Below, piece by piece: positions 17,269-31,566 of a DNA stretch of 64,000 nt. The notes beneath the pieces are model-generated. The model was not told where the DNA came from, did no database searches, and saw only the letters and a program-made list of their open reading frames with translations. The number at the start of each line of letters is the position of its first letter. Positions within the stretch are counted from its first letter, which is position 1. Source of the DNA: Dictyostelium discoideum (Eukaryota); the NCBI GenBank assembly GCA_000004695.1, contig CM000152.2, positions 3,104,001-3,168,000 of the forward strand, read 5' to 3'. The position numbers and the translations under genes are program-made.

Positions 17269-18626
17269 ATGAGCATTAATTGGTTAACTCACCCATTTGA
17301 AGAATTAAGTAATTTAAAACATTCTTTGGATGAAACTTTAAAAAATTGGACTGAACCAGCACCAACTGCTGCAACATCAATGGATTGGGGTTGGAAGCCA
17401 AGAATGGATGTTTGTGAAAACAAGGATTATTACAAAATCATCTTGGAATTACCATCGTTCAACAAGGATGAAATTGAAGTCCAAGTAAATGGTCGTTTCT
17501 TATCCATCAAAGGTCAAAAAATTGAACATACCACTGATGAATGGAAATATCATAGAAGAGAAAGATATTCTGGTGGTGAATTCCATCGTGCAGTTGCACT
17601 TCCAGAAGGTAATTTTAATATTATTTTTTAAATATATATTTAATAAATCTAATAATAATAAAAACTAACTTTTTTTTTTTTTTTTTTTCTTTCTTTCTTT
17701 CTTTCTATTTTTTAGGTATTGATGGTTCATCAATTCAAGCAAAATTCCAAAGTGGAGTTTTATTATTATTAATTCCAAAGACTGGAGGTAAAACTAGTCA
17801 ACATATTTCATTATTTGGTCGTGAAGAACATGGTAATAAAAGAAATGTAATTGATTTAGAAGAGAAAGAAAGAAAAAGAAGAATGGAAGAATCAGATCCA
17901 ATGTTAGGTCGTCGTTGGGGTACTGGTCGTTCATTGTTTAGTGGTTCAAAATTGAATAATCAAAATGATACCATGTATCGTAAACCAAGTGCATCTGATT
18001 TAAGATTAGTTAAACAGATGGAAACTAAAGAACGTGAAAGAAGAATTAGAGATACCAAAGGTGAAACTGAAAAGAAGAAGAACGCACTCAAAGTCAGTCG
18101 TTACATTAAATCACTTGGTATGAATCCAAGATCAACCTTGAGAAGAGGTGGTCGTGAAATGGAAAAGATTATTCATCTTGAAGAACGTGAACGTCAAGCA
18201 AGAATCAGAGACAAAGGTAGAATGAGACAACAACAAGCTCTCGCTAAAAAAGTTTCCAATTTAATTAAACACTCTGGTGGAGCTGCTAGACTTCGTCATA
18301 CCGGTTTCAACTATTCTACCATTACTAAAGGTTACAATACCAACAAGACCAAATTTGATCGTTTCGGTAAAGAAAATGACTCCTTTGGTGGTTTCAACAT
18401 TAACAAATCATTCACCAACCAATTCAAAGGATTTGGAAAGAATAGTGGTGGTAAATCAATAAACATTACCACTGGTGGTTTCAAAGCTCCATCTCAATTC
18501 AACAAATTCACTCACAACTTGGAAGAAAAAGAACGTCAAAGAAGATTAAATGATAAAAAAGGTCAAAATGATGCTAAACGTTTAGCTGCTGAAATCTCTC
18601 ATATGATTGGTAATGCTCATTTTTAA
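17269..18626 (+). CDS. Small heat-shock protein (HSP20/alpha-crystallin domain) with a long basic Lys/Arg-rich C-terminal extension. Two exons: 17269..17608 and 17716..18626.
   Basis: Exon 1 reads ...WKPRMDVCENKDYYKIILELPSFNKDEIEVQVNGRFLSIKGQK...RRERYSGGEFHRAVALPEG. The GTAATT donor and TTTTAG acceptor restore ...GIDGSSIQAKFQSGVLLLLIPK, the canonical end of the alpha-crystallin domain. The rest of exon 2 is a continuous open frame to a TAA at 18624..18626. Confidence 0.85.
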
Positions 18627-18880
18627 AAATTTTTTCATTAATTGATTAAAAAAGGTTAAATAACTATTTACTTTTTCAAATTCATACATATTTTCATACA
18701 AACAATAATTCTCGAATTTGAGGATTTTAATATTTTCTTAAATATTTAAATAAAAATTTATATATTTATTAATTAAAAAAATGAGTGAGAGATAATGGTG
18801 ATGTATATTTTTAGTGTTATTAAAGTGTATTTTTTTTTTTTTTTGATGGTTGGGATGAGATATGGTTTTTTTTATTTTTT

Positions 18881-19051
18881 TTATGCAGCAATACGATCTT
18901 TTCCACCTTGTTTTACAAAGACAACAGTTTCTTTTGGATTCCATCTTGATAATTCATTTGATGATTGATTGACTAAGCCATTGTAATTATTAAAATTAAA
19001 ATCATTTGATTTATTTGATTTAAAAGAAATATTAAATGATGATAAAGATCC

Positions 19052-19095
<44 letters not shown>

Positions 19096-19172
19096 TTTTT
19101 TTTTTTAATAAAATTAATATCTTTAAAGTTTTTTTTTTTTAAAAAATATATATACTTACTAAAAATGGACAT
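18881..19172 (-). CDS. Candidate micro-protein gene (34 aa): 13-nt first exon ATGTCCATTTTTA (~19160..19172), intron ~18973..19159 (GTAAGT...CTTAG, with a long T-tract), second exon ~18881..18972.
   Basis: The minus-strand sequence aaggaagaATGTCCATTTTTAgtaagtat is preceded ~90 nt upstream by a TATAAATAAA element. After the acceptor cttag the frame reads ..INQSSNELSRWNPKETVVFVKQGGKDRIAA then TAA. I have no homology assignment, so this is speculative. Confidence 0.25.
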
Positions 19173-20644
19173 TCTTCCTTTAATTAATTATTGTAATGGA
19201 TTGAAACAATTGTAATTTATTTAATTAATGAAATTATTGTAAAAGAATTAAGTTTATTTATACTGATTTTTTTATTTTTTTTTTTTTTTTATTTAAAAAA
19301 AATTAATTTTTATTAATATTAAACTGATAATAAAAATAATGGAAATAAAAAAAATAATAACGAAAAGAATAATAATACCAATATTAAGTTAATTATTATT
19401 ATTAATATTTTATTTTTTTAAACTCAATGAGTAGATTTTTTTTTTTTTTTTTTAAAAAAATACCATAAAAAATTTTAACCAAATTAAATATTGTTACATA
19501 CCTAATCTCTCTTATTAAAATACATAAATGGAATTGTTTAATTATTAATTAAAATAAATAAAAAAAAAAGACTTGCTAAAAAATTAATTTTAATTTTTGC
19601 CCCTAAATAACCTCATCATTTCACAAAAATAGTTAAAACTATCAATTTAAAACAGTTTAAAATAATTTTCAAAACCCAATTGACAAATGATAATTTTAAA
19701 ATAATATTAAAATAAAACCAAAGATATTTAATTTTTTTTTTTTTTAAAAAAAAAAAGAAAACATTAAATAAATTATTCATTAATGTATTAATATATGTAT
19801 ATGTTTGGTCCTTATTAATTTAAAAGACAAAAATAAAACAAAAATTTCATCGGCATTATAAAAAAAAAAAAAAAAAACTTCGGCATTCAATCAAAAACCC
19901 AATCGAGATTTTGATTTATTGATTGGAATTATATATCTTTCATTATTTATTTTTTTTTTTTTTCTGCTTTTTTTTTTAATTTATCATAAAAAAAAAAATA
20001 CTGAAAAAAAATATAAAAAATATAAAAAATATATATAGAATATTATTCACACACCATTACCACCCAATGCAATTAAATAGATTATTTTTTATTTAATTTT
20101 ATTTATTTATTTTTTTTTTTTTAAAAATATTTTTATTGTTTTCAACGCCATCGATGGTGAATAATTAATTTTAAAATTATATAAAAAAAAAAAAATTTAT
20201 ATATTAAACCAATATAAATAAACATATACATTTAAAAAGAAATTTATTTGTTTTTGGTTTATTTTTTTTATTTATTTTTTTTTTTTACTTGAAATTATTA
20301 TTTATTAATAATATTTTGAATATGATTTTTAAAAAATTATCTCCTTACTAGAATATTTTCGAGAATAAATAGTGCGAAGAAATATAAATTAAAAAACCAA
20401 ATTAATCATCAACCATAAAATGAAAAATGAAAAATACAAATCAATACTAATATTTTTAAAAAAGAAAAAAAAGATAAAAAAGAAAAAAAAGAAAAAAAGA
20501 AAAAAATAAAAAAAAAAAAAATGAATGATTATTATTATTATTTATTTTTTAATTATTTTATTAGTTGAAAAAAATAAAAAAAAAAAATAAAAGAAATTTA
20601 TTATTACTATTTTTTAATTATTATTATTATTATTTTTATTTTAT

Positions 20645-23046
20645 TTAAAGTTCGTCATGGGTTGATTGTGGTGGTTGTTGGAAATCTTGTTGTTGATTTT
20701 CATCATCATCACCAAATGAAACTGATGGACCAGAATTTTCATTTTTAGTGGTTTCGAAATTAGTTTGAGCTAAACTATCACCATTAATCATCATTAATTT
20801 GTAAATGAAATCGGCAAAGTTTGTTGGATTATCAATGGAATAACCAGCGGTAAGAGCAGAAGTTTCATATAAAACATGAGCGCTAACTTTGGTAGTTTCA
20901 TCTTCTTCACCAAATTCATTCAATCTATTCAAGAGTTTTTTAATGAGTGGATGGGAAGGATTAATTTCCATGATTTTCTTTGAATTGAATTGTGGTTGAG
21001 CGTTTGCTTGATGAGCTTGAGCTTTCATGATACGTTCTTGATTGGCAGTGACACCCCAAGAATTTGAGACTAAAATACTTGGTGAATCAGCTAAAACCTT
21101 TGAAATGACGACTTTTTCCAATTTATCAGAGAGAGTCTTTTTGAGGTAAGAAAGGAGTGGTTTGAATTCTTCGGCGGTTTGTTTACGTTGATCCTCTTCC
21201 TCTTTGTCTTCATTGAATTTAACACCACTACGTGCAAGATTAGTGAATTTGTATTTATCGTCAAATTTATCCAATTGTGGTACTAAATACTCATCGATTG
21301 GATCGACTAAGAATAAAACTTCATAACCTTTTTTAATGGCTTGTTCAATGAGTGGTGAAGCTTCTACGGAATCCTTTGATTTACCAGTGATAAAGTAAAT
21401 TTGATCTTGACCCTCTTTCATACGTTCTACATAACCAGCAAAAGTGGTTAACTCTTCCTTACTTGATGGGAATAAGAGGTATTTAGTTAAACGTTTTTTA
21501 TTGGCTTGATCTTCGATGGCACCTAATTTCATTGAAGAACCGAATTTCTTAAAGAATTCATTGTATTTGGTTTTATCTTCATCTTCAGATAACTCTTTAA
21601 TCATTGAAATGAATTTACCAATGACCTTCTTTTTAATGGCATCTAAAATCTTATTTTGTTGTAACATTTCACGAGAAACATTCAATGGTAAATCATCGGA
21701 ATCAATAACACCAACTAAAAATCTTAACCAATTTGGAACCAATTCCTTAAGGTTATCAGTGATGAAAACACGACGTACAAATAATTTAAGACCACTACCG
21801 GCAGCTTCTAAATCAAACATATTTGATGGTGGATTCTCTGGAATGTAAAGAATTGAACGGAATTCAGTATCACCTTCAGTCTTAAAATGTGAATAAGTGA
21901 TTGGTGTATCTTGAGTTTTACTTAATGATCTAAAGAATTCAGTGTATTCTTCTTTGGTAACATCTTTTGCTGCTTTCATCCATAATGGTTTTGAATCATT
22001 TAATTCTTCCCATTTATAAACGGTTTTAGTTTTCTTTTCTTCAGTTTGTCCTTCTTCTTCGGTTGTAGTCTCTTCTTCACCTTCTTCTGTGGTGGTGGTA
22101 GTTTCTTCAACTTGATCATCGGTGATTGGTTTTGAATCTTCTTGTTCTTCTTTTGGAATTTCAACTTCTTCAGAAACGTATAAATAAATTGGGAAATTAA
22201 TGAATTGTGAGTACTTCTTTACGAGTTGTTTAATAACTTCTTGATCTAAGAATTCTTTAGAGTCATCTTTAATGTGAAGACTAATACGAGTACCTCTACC
22301 AAGTGTATTACCTTTTGGATCTTTGGCAATGGTGTATGATGATTGTGAATCTGATGTCCAAACGTATTGATCATCATCATTACTCTTTGAGGTTACAACA
22401 ACAGAATCGGCAACTAAAAATAATGAATAGAAACCAACACCAAATTGACCAATTAAATTGGATGATTCTGCTGAATCACTAACTTTCTTTATGAATTCTT
22501 TAGTTCCTGATTGGGCAATAGTACCTAAATTTCTAACTAATTCATCTTTAGTCATACCAACACCTCTATCAGTAATATGGAGAACATTATTAGCTTTATC
22601 AATTTTAATATGAATATCTAAGTTTGATTGTTCACCTTCACCTAATAAATCTGCATTTGTTAATGCTAAAAATCTAATTTTATCTAATGCCTTTTTTTAG
22701 AAAAAAAAAAAAAATAAATAAATAAAAATAATTAATAATCTTTTTTTTTTTTTTTTTTTTTTTTGTTTAAAAAAAAATTAAAACTTACATCTGATGCATT
22801 TGAAATTAATTCTCTTAAAAAGATTTCTTTTTTAGAATATAAGGAATTAATGATAATATTCATTAATTTATTGACTTCAGTTTGGAAAGTGAATTTTTCA
22901 CCCTTTTCTTCAATTAATTTTGCTTCAGCTTCTGTGTATCCATCACTTTCAAGGTTAACAGTGGCAACACTTGAACTTGGAGCGAATGCAACTAAAAGGA
23001 ATGCAAATAAACCAAGAATTAAAAATATTTTTGTAATACTTTTCAT
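20645..23046 (-). CDS. grp94: Grp94/endoplasmin (ER Hsp90 paralogue). Two exons: 22789..23046 (ATG 23046, signal peptide) and 20645..22690. It ends in HDEL.
   Basis: Exon 1 reads [30 protein letters not shown]...[33 protein letters not shown], then a GTAAGT donor. Exon 2 reads [20 protein letters not shown]...[26 protein letters not shown]...[15 protein letters not shown]... This covers the Hsp90 N-terminal ATPase (Bergerat fold), middle and C-terminal domains. The C-terminal ...THDEL is an ER-retrieval signal. Confidence 0.93.
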
Positions 23047-23090
23047 CTTTTTTTTATAAGTATGTTTTTTAATTTAATGTATAATTGATG

Positions 23091-23128
<38 letters not shown>

Positions 23129-23246
23129 AAAAATGAAAAAAAAAAAAAAAAAAAAAATGAAAAAAAAACAGTGCATCGTCACCTTTTATTTTTAAAATAA
23201 AATGAAGCCCATCAGATGGAGTTCGATTTTTTCTAAAATTTTTTTT

Positions 23247-23650
23247 TTTTTATTTTCCCAAAACTTTAAAGGGAATAAAAAAATATTGTGTGACGATGCA
23301 AATTGATTAATGTAAAAATCAAAAGTTTTGATGCATTGTTTTAAATTTACAGGGTTTTTTTTTTTTTTTTTTTTTTTTTCTTTTTTCTTTCCTTTCTATT
23401 GATGTTTATATTGGAAGGGTTCAATTTTTTTATTTTTTTTTTTTTATTTTATTTTTTTATTTTATTTTATTTTTGTTTTGTTTTCTCAAAACTTTAAAGG
23501 GAATTAAAAAATATTGTGTGACGATGCAAATTGATTAATATAAAATCAAAAGTTTTGATGTATTGTTTTAAATTTACAGGTTTTTTTTTTTTTCATTTTT
23601 TTTTTCATTTTTCTTTTTTTTCTTTCTATTGATGTTTATATTATTATTAA
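23247..23650. repeat. Tandem direct duplication of an ~170-bp unit in the Grp94 5' flank (~23247..23420 and ~23474..23650), plus a third inverted copy of the core motif at ~23171..23190.
   Basis: The segment aaatattgtgtgacgatgcaaattgattaat(g/a)taaaa(a)tcaaaagttttgatg(c/t)attgttttaaatttacagg, followed by a T-run and ctttctattgatgtttatatt, is present twice. The core gtgacgatgca also occurs in reverse orientation as cagtgcatcgtcacc at ~23171. Confidence 0.8.
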
Positions 23651-23669
23651 TTGTTTTTTTTTTTTTTTT

Positions 23670-24180
23670 TTACCAATTATTGTCTTCATCATTATGTCTA
23701 TTAAAGAACCAAAGGAATGTAATAATTGTTGCATAAACTGTAACACCGCCTGCCATTGAAAATGCAAGTGCTTTTCCTGAAATCTGGAAATTTTTTTTAA
23801 AAAAAAAAATACGATTAGTTATTCATTCTTTTAACATATATATTTAAAATTATATTTAAATAAACCTACAATATCTGAATGGGCTAAAATCATTGGAATT
23901 GCAAATCCAGATGTAATAAATAGACCTGTTAAAAATAACCCAATATCTTCAAATGTTCTGTTTAGTTGTATTTTTTTAAAAAAAAAAAAAGAATGAGTAA
24001 TTAATTAATTGGAATTTTTAAAAAAAAAATAAAAAAATAAAAAAAGAACAAAATAATTAATAAATAATACAAACCCTTTTTCACTTGAAAAACTATCTCT
24101 ATTTCTACATAATATATTTGGGAACGGAGCAAGAAAATATGATGCAACTTTTTTTTTTTTTTTTTTTAAAACAAATTAGT

Positions 24181-24213
<33 letters not shown>

Positions 24214-24628
24214 TTTTTTTTTTTTTTTTTTTTTTGATTCTGATATAAATTTTGAAATATACATACCAACTATAATTGGATAACCAGAGTGAGAAACTAT
24301 ACATGCTAAAATATTAAATAATAAACCAACTGCAAATGCGCAAGAAAAACCTATAATTCTATATTATAATGTAAATATTTTATCTTTTTTTTTTTAATCT
24401 TTTTTTTATTTATTTTTATTTGTTTTTATTGTTTCATTTTCTTTCATATAAATATTGATCTTACGCTATAATTATAGTAATATTAAAATAAAATAATGAG
24501 ATGTTAATAAAGAGATTAAACTTTTTATTCTCGAAAAAAAAAAAAAAATAAAAAAAAAAAAAATAATAATAATAAAATAATCAAAAAATATGTTCAAATA
24601 ATTAAATACCTTTAATATCATGTCCCAT
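23670..24628 (-). CDS. Vps55 / LEPROT (OB-R gene-related, endospanin) family 4-TM protein, 5 exons: 24610..24628, 24268..24351, 24075..24147, 23870..23957, 23670..23783. About 125 aa.
   Basis: Spliced product: MGHDIKGFSCAFAVGLLFNILACIVSHSGYPIIVVASYFLAPFPNILCRNRDSFSSEKGTFEDIGLFLTGLFITSGFAIPMILAHSDIISGKALAFSMAGGVTVYATIITFLWFFNRHNDEDNNW. From memory it aligns block by block with human LEPROTL1 (...YILSPIPYCIARR..., ...FLTTGIVVSAFGLPIVFARAHLI..., ...[22 protein letters not shown]). All donors are GTATGT/GTAGGT/GTTTGT/GTATTT with T-rich ...AG acceptors, and the exon lengths sum to 378 nt in frame. Confidence 0.8.
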
Positions 24629-25178
24629 TTTTTTGATGTTTATGTGTGATTAAATAAATATATAAATAAAAAAAAAAAAAAAAAATAAAAAAATAAAAAA
24701 AAAATTAATTTAAAAAAAAAAAAAAAAAAAAATAGAAATTAATTTAAAAAAAAATAAAAAAAAAAAATAATTGTTATTCACCCAAAAAATTAAAATTTTT
24801 TTTTTTGAAAACAACTCAAAAAAAAGGGTGAGGACGATTGTTTTATATATTTTTTTTTTTTTACAACAAATAATATTCGGATTAAAATGTTGATTATAAT
24901 TATCAAAAGATCCAATTTGGATGTATACATTTATTTTTTATTTTTTATATTTTTTTTTCTTTTCTGGAAAAACAAATTGATTTATTTAATCCTTAATTTT
25001 TCATTTTTTAATTAATTTTTAATCAATTTTTAATGAATTAATTTCTTTAAAATATTTATAAAAACTATTAAAAAATGAGAAATTGAGGAATTTAATAATT
25101 TCTTTTTTCCAGGATTATTATTTGTTTTTTTTTTTTTTAAAAATTTTTTAATTGTTTTATTTTTTTTTTATTTTTTTT

Positions 25179-27389
25179 TTATCTACCTCTAAAATCTAAA
25201 TTGAATTGAATAATTTTAGCATTTTTATCCCAAGAAGTAGTTACAATTGAAGAATCATAAGTTGTTAAAGAAGATATACGATTTGAATGATTATAAAGTG
25301 TTCTTTTACATTTTCCATTATCAACATCCCATAATTTAACGGTACCATCAAAGGAAGCAGAAACCACGAAATTATTGATAAATTTGGAAAGATTGACAAC
25401 TTCATCAGTGTGACCTTCTAAACAATGATAGGATTCACCATAGTTTGAATCCCAAACTTTTAGAGTTGAATCGGAGCTTGCAGTTAAGAATTTCTTTGGA
25501 GCAGTTGTACCATCGGTATCAACTTTACCATAGACCAAGATTGAATTTACACTACCACTATGAGATTGAAGAGTTTTAATACATTCACCATTATCCAATG
25601 ACCAAACTTTAACTCTACCATCACACGAGCCACTAATTAAAGTATCGGTAGAGTCAACTTCTAAACATTTAATCCAATCACTATGACCCGATAAAACATT
25701 TGTACTGGTACTGGTACGGATATCCCAAACTCTAATATTTGAATCATTTGAGCCAGAGATTACACGATATTGATCATTAACCACCAAACACATTACAGCT
25801 TGTTGATGACCAAACAATGTGATTGCAGGTTTATGACTACGACTATCCCAAACATTGATATTATTATCATTGGAGCCCGATACGAATATATTTGAATCTT
25901 GATTGACCAAACAAGTGATTGAACCTTTATGACCTCTAAATGATTTAATTTTTTGACCTTTTTGTAAATCCCAATATTTGATGGTTTTATCATATGAACC
26001 ACTTAACAATTTGGAGCCATCGGAACCCATAATCTCACAAGTTGTAACCCAACCACTATGATCCGATAAAGTGTTGATACATTTTGTAGTTGTTACATCC
26101 CAAACTTTTAATGTCGAATCGGCTGAACCCGTAATCAATAGATTATTTTCACGCTGAGAAATGGTTGAACATAAAACACCTTCAGAATGACCAGTGAACA
26201 ACTTCACCACATAATCACCTCTACTTTCAGAGATTTCTTTAATTGAGAAATTATTATTTTTGGTTGAATCTTTCTTTTTACTTGACTTACTCTCCTCCCA
26301 AGTTGATTTAATATTCATAATTTTATTCAATGAAACATGACCCTTTTCATCGAATAGATTTTGAAATATTTCATTGCCAACCTTGTTGTTTTTAGAATCT
26401 TTACCGCCACTACCAATCTTTGTAATCAATTGATAGGAATCCTCTTTTTCTCTCATTATATGTTTACGATGAACCAATTCATTATTATTATTATTATCTT
26501 GAAGTTTGGTTGAATTGATACCATTGTTAACTGTACTATCAAGATCTGATAATTCTCTAGCTCTTGACATATTTGAAACCACTTGTAACATTGTATCAGA
26601 ATCCAAATTAACTGAAGCACACATTCTATTTACAAATCTACGTACTAAATCGGGGGTTGAACCCAATGTAATCATTTTAAAAGTTTGATTTGATAATAAT
26701 GAAAATGCCATATCTTCTTCTTGTTTTATTAATTCCTTTTTAGTATCATCATTCTTTATTGACCATTCTACCATTTCTATTAACATTGAATTACCAATAC
26801 CATAAAGGTTTTTACATTTTGCTTCAATATGATCATAAAATAATTTTTCCCAAAACTTTTGGTTTTGCCAAAGGTCAATATTTGTTTGTAACTTTTCATG
26901 TAAATATTCATTTTGTCCTTTAAAAATTCTATGATAAATAAAAATTGATTCTAAAAATAATTGTGATGATATAAAATCTAATTGTGTATTACATTCTCTT
27001 AATGTAAATCTAATTATATCAACTAAACAATTAAATATTAAATCTGATAATTTAGTTTTACTATGATTTACACTACTACCAATACTACCACTTCTACTAC
27101 CACCACTTTTTGTATTTGAATTACTACTACCACCACCACCACCACTATGTAAACTCATTTGTGAAACATTTGAACCAACATAATTTTGTTTATGATGATT
27201 TAATAATAATTTACCAAAAATATGTCTACCATAATCAAATTGTAATACATCTAAAATTTGTTGAATATCATCAATTGGCACTTGATCACTAAAAATCTTA
27301 TCTAAAAATTTTTCAATTAAAATTACAAATGATTTATGTTGATCTTCATTAAATGAAAATTGTTGTAAACTTGATGAAATAATTGATAA

Positions 27390-27482
<93 letters not shown>

Positions 27483-30378
27483 TGATAATTCAATATTATT
27501 ATTATTATTATTATTATAAATATCATAAAGTGGTTTTAATTGATCTTGATTTAATAATGAAGTTGATGAAGAAGTTAATGAAGTTGAAGTTGAAGAAGTT
27601 GAAGAAGGTGAAGAAGTTATTGAACCAAATAAATCCAATTTTAAAGGTGATGGGAATTTTGAATATTCTTTTAATGTTGAATTATGTTGTGATGGATATG
27701 AAACTGATTGATAACTACTATAATGTGAAGATTTAATTGAGGATGGATTTGAAGATTGAATTATATTTACACTGAATGGATCAATTAAACCCAATGCTAG
27801 AGGTATTTGTGATTGATATTGTTGTTGTAATTCATCGATGGTTAATTTTTGATATCTTTTTGAATGCACAAGATAATCGAATAAATTCTTTGTTGGCCAA
27901 CTATGTTGTTCTAAAAAGTAAATGAATGCTTGAGTTTTAATAAACATTGAAATGAATGGTCTTGACGCAACAGCTTTTGATTTAATATATTCTTCATTAT
28001 TAAAAATTGGTACAGGTTGAGGGAAAACTCTTAAATATTTATAATATTTTCTATAATCATGTAATAAATTACAAAAATATTGTAAAAATGAAAATCTAAT
28101 ATGTTGATCAGGATTTGATGATATTGTTGGTAATGGTGGTATTGGTTGACTATTTGTTGTTGAATTACGTGATGAAGAATTTGAAGTTGTTGTTGAAGTT
28201 GTTGTTGTTGAAGATCTTTTATTACTAATTGAATCATTTGAGTTATTATTATTATTATTATTACTTGTTTTAATTGATGATAATGTATTTGGATTAAAAT
28301 TTGGTAAATCTGATGATAAAATTTCAAATTGTACAACTTTTTTTAATTGATTAATTAGTATTTGAGTTTCTTTTTCAGGTAATTGAATATCTTTTGTAGA
28401 GGTTGGAATATTGATTGAATTATTATCTAAATCGACTATTACCAATTCGTTTAATAGATCTTCTTTTGAAAGGATACGATCAGCATATGATCTATGAATG
28501 CCCATTATGAATGGGAACGGTGTACTACCCGCAATGTCAACTAAAACCTCTGGTAATACAGGTACATAGATATGAGTATACACTAATGGATGAATTAATG
28601 TTGTAATGATTTCGCAAATATAAGTTAAAAGAGTATACTGTGATGAAATGATTAAAATCTTTTCTTCCAATAATAAACACTTTATCAATGAAAGTACATT
28701 TCTAATATCCAAACTAAGGAATAACATTCTATAGGAGATGTCAGGTTCTGGTAATAAACATGGATCTGGTTGCTTCAATAAACATTGATTTAATCCACCC
28801 AAACTAAAGGTAACTGGATTCTTTCCTGGTCTTGGTAATTGAATTTCACTAACTAAATTGAATATATATCTTTCAATTGGAATTGGTGATGGATTATGAA
28901 ATACTCTATGATAAATTTCATTCAATGCAACTCTAAATGAACTAAAAAATGGAAAATGTGATAAAACACAAATACATTTTGGTGCATATAATTTAATTGG
29001 AAAATCATCAATTATTGTTGTTGTTATTGTTGTTGAAGAATTTGTTGAATTATTATTATTTGTTGTATTAGTTGTAGTAGTAGTTGTATTGGTTACATTA
29101 GTAGTATTTGAATTAGAATCTTGTGGCGAAGAAGAAGAAGAAGAAGAAGATGTTGTTGTTGTTACTGCTGCTGTTGGAATTGTAGTTGTTTGAGAATTTC
29201 CAATAGTTGGTGAGGAATTTGAAGAAGATGAAGAAATTGTTGGTGAAATTGCAGTTACATTTGCTTCAGAAATTGTTGAATCTCTTATTAATGACTCAAT
29301 ATCTTTTTCTTTAACATCATTATTTTGTTCATTATTATTATTACTATTATTATTATTATTATTTAAATTACTATTATTTAAATTATTATTATTATTTAAA
29401 ATTAAATTATTAAAATTTTTAGAATCTAAAGTTTCTTTATGTAATTCTTGATAAATTGAATCATTAATTTGTTCATAAAAAGTTAAACAAGAGGCATAAA
29501 AACGTTGACCAGTTTCATTTGTTAAAACAAAAGGAAAGAATGATGGTTGTGGTTGTTCAGTTTTAAAATTAATACCACGTGGAAAACAATACATCCAAAT
29601 ATGTTTTGGTAGAATACCTTCTTTAATTAAATCTTTTTCTTCTTTGTGAGGGTAGTAATCTAAAAGTTCACCTTTATAAGATTTCTCCAATGGTAATGGT
29701 AGAATTGTGGTTGTAGTATTACCCGATGTACCTCTATGACTATTATGAAATTGTTGTTCATTCAATTGATCCAATGGGTCAAGATTTTTAGTTGATGATA
29801 AACCACAAACAAAGAAATAATCAATCGGTCTATCTGGTACATACTTTTTCTCTCTTTCTAATTTCTTTTTCTCTTCTTTCTCTCTTTTACGTGCCTCCCT
29901 TCTTTCAGCTTCAATCTTTTTATGAATTTCCTCTTGTTCCAATTGTCTTAATTTTTCACGTGCCATAGCTTTCTCTTTTTCAATTCTTTCCGATTCTTGT
30001 TCTTTTGCTAATTGTTCCTCTATTATTTTTCTTTCTTGTTCTTTTCTTGCTTTTTCAATTGCTATTGAATCTTTATTATTAGTTATTAAAAATGATGAAC
30101 CTGAATTATTTCCTGTAGAATTTGTTGTATTGGTTGTTTGTACATTTGGTGAACCTGCTATTGATGCTGTAGTTGTTGTTGTTGTTGTTGTTGTTGTCGT
30201 TGTAGTTGTTGCTATATTATTTTGTGTTATAGGTGATGGTGGTGCTGTTGTTACTGTTGATGATTGTGATGAAATTGATTGTGAATGTAGTGGTGGTGTT
30301 GTTGGTTCTGATTGATTACCCGCTATATTATTATGATCACTATTACTTGGTGTAATATTACAACTATTACTATTATTA

Positions 30379-30446
<68 letters not shown>

Positions 30447-31066
30447 GGTACCATTTACATTATTTTGATTTTGAGTTTGATTTTGATTTTTTGATGACGA
30501 TGATGATGATGATGATGATGATGATGTTGTTTTATCTATTCTTGAAGTTATTTTCTTTTTTAATTTTAAAATTTGACTACCACCCTTACCAATAAAAGAC
30601 ATTTCTTTTGGATTTACAGGTTCTGGTTTATAATCTTTTGGTGGTGCTTGTACACCATTTATATTATTGCTGTTTACATTGTTGCTATTATTACTATTAC
30701 TATTACTATTACTATTACTATTACTATTACTATTACTATTACTATTACTATTACTATTACTATTACTATTAGTTCCACCTCCACCTATTATACCACTACT
30801 GCTACTATCATCAATTGATTGAGCACTATTTGTATTTGTATCAGTATCAAAATAAATATCCCTAATTTTAACCATTATTTTTACACGTAATTCTGAAAGG
30901 ATTTGAGGTGAATTTGATGATGGTTTTATATCTCTATCTACAGGTGTCCAACAATCAATTGTAAATATTTCAAATACTGATGTTGATTCCGATGTTATTG
31001 AATTTGAATTCATTGATGCTATACCATCAATACTATTACTATTCACCATTATGCTATTTCTATTAC

Positions 31067-31097
<31 letters not shown>

Positions 31098-31525
31098 TGT
31101 AATATTATTCATATTATTAGAAATTGAAGGTGACGATGATATTTGAGCACTTGTTAATGTTTGTTCATTCGTTGATGTTGATGTTGATGTTGATGATGGT
31201 GGTGGTGGTGACGTAGGTACTGATGGTGATGTTACATCTGATATTACCGTTGTTGGTGTTGGTGTTGAGGCTATTGTTGATGTTGGTGTTGGTGTAGTTG
31301 CTATTGTTGGTGTTGATGTTGGTGTATTTGTTATATTTTGATCATCACTAACACCATTTGGCTTTATATCTGTAATTATTATTGGTGATGGTGTGGTTAT
31401 TATTGAATTTGGTGATACAATTGGTATTTTTATTGAACCAACTCGTATATCATTACCAATTATATTTTGACTATAAATTTGAAATAAAACAAGATCTACT
31501 GTTTCTGTAGTTGTTCTATAAAATT

Positions 31526-31566
<41 letters not shown>

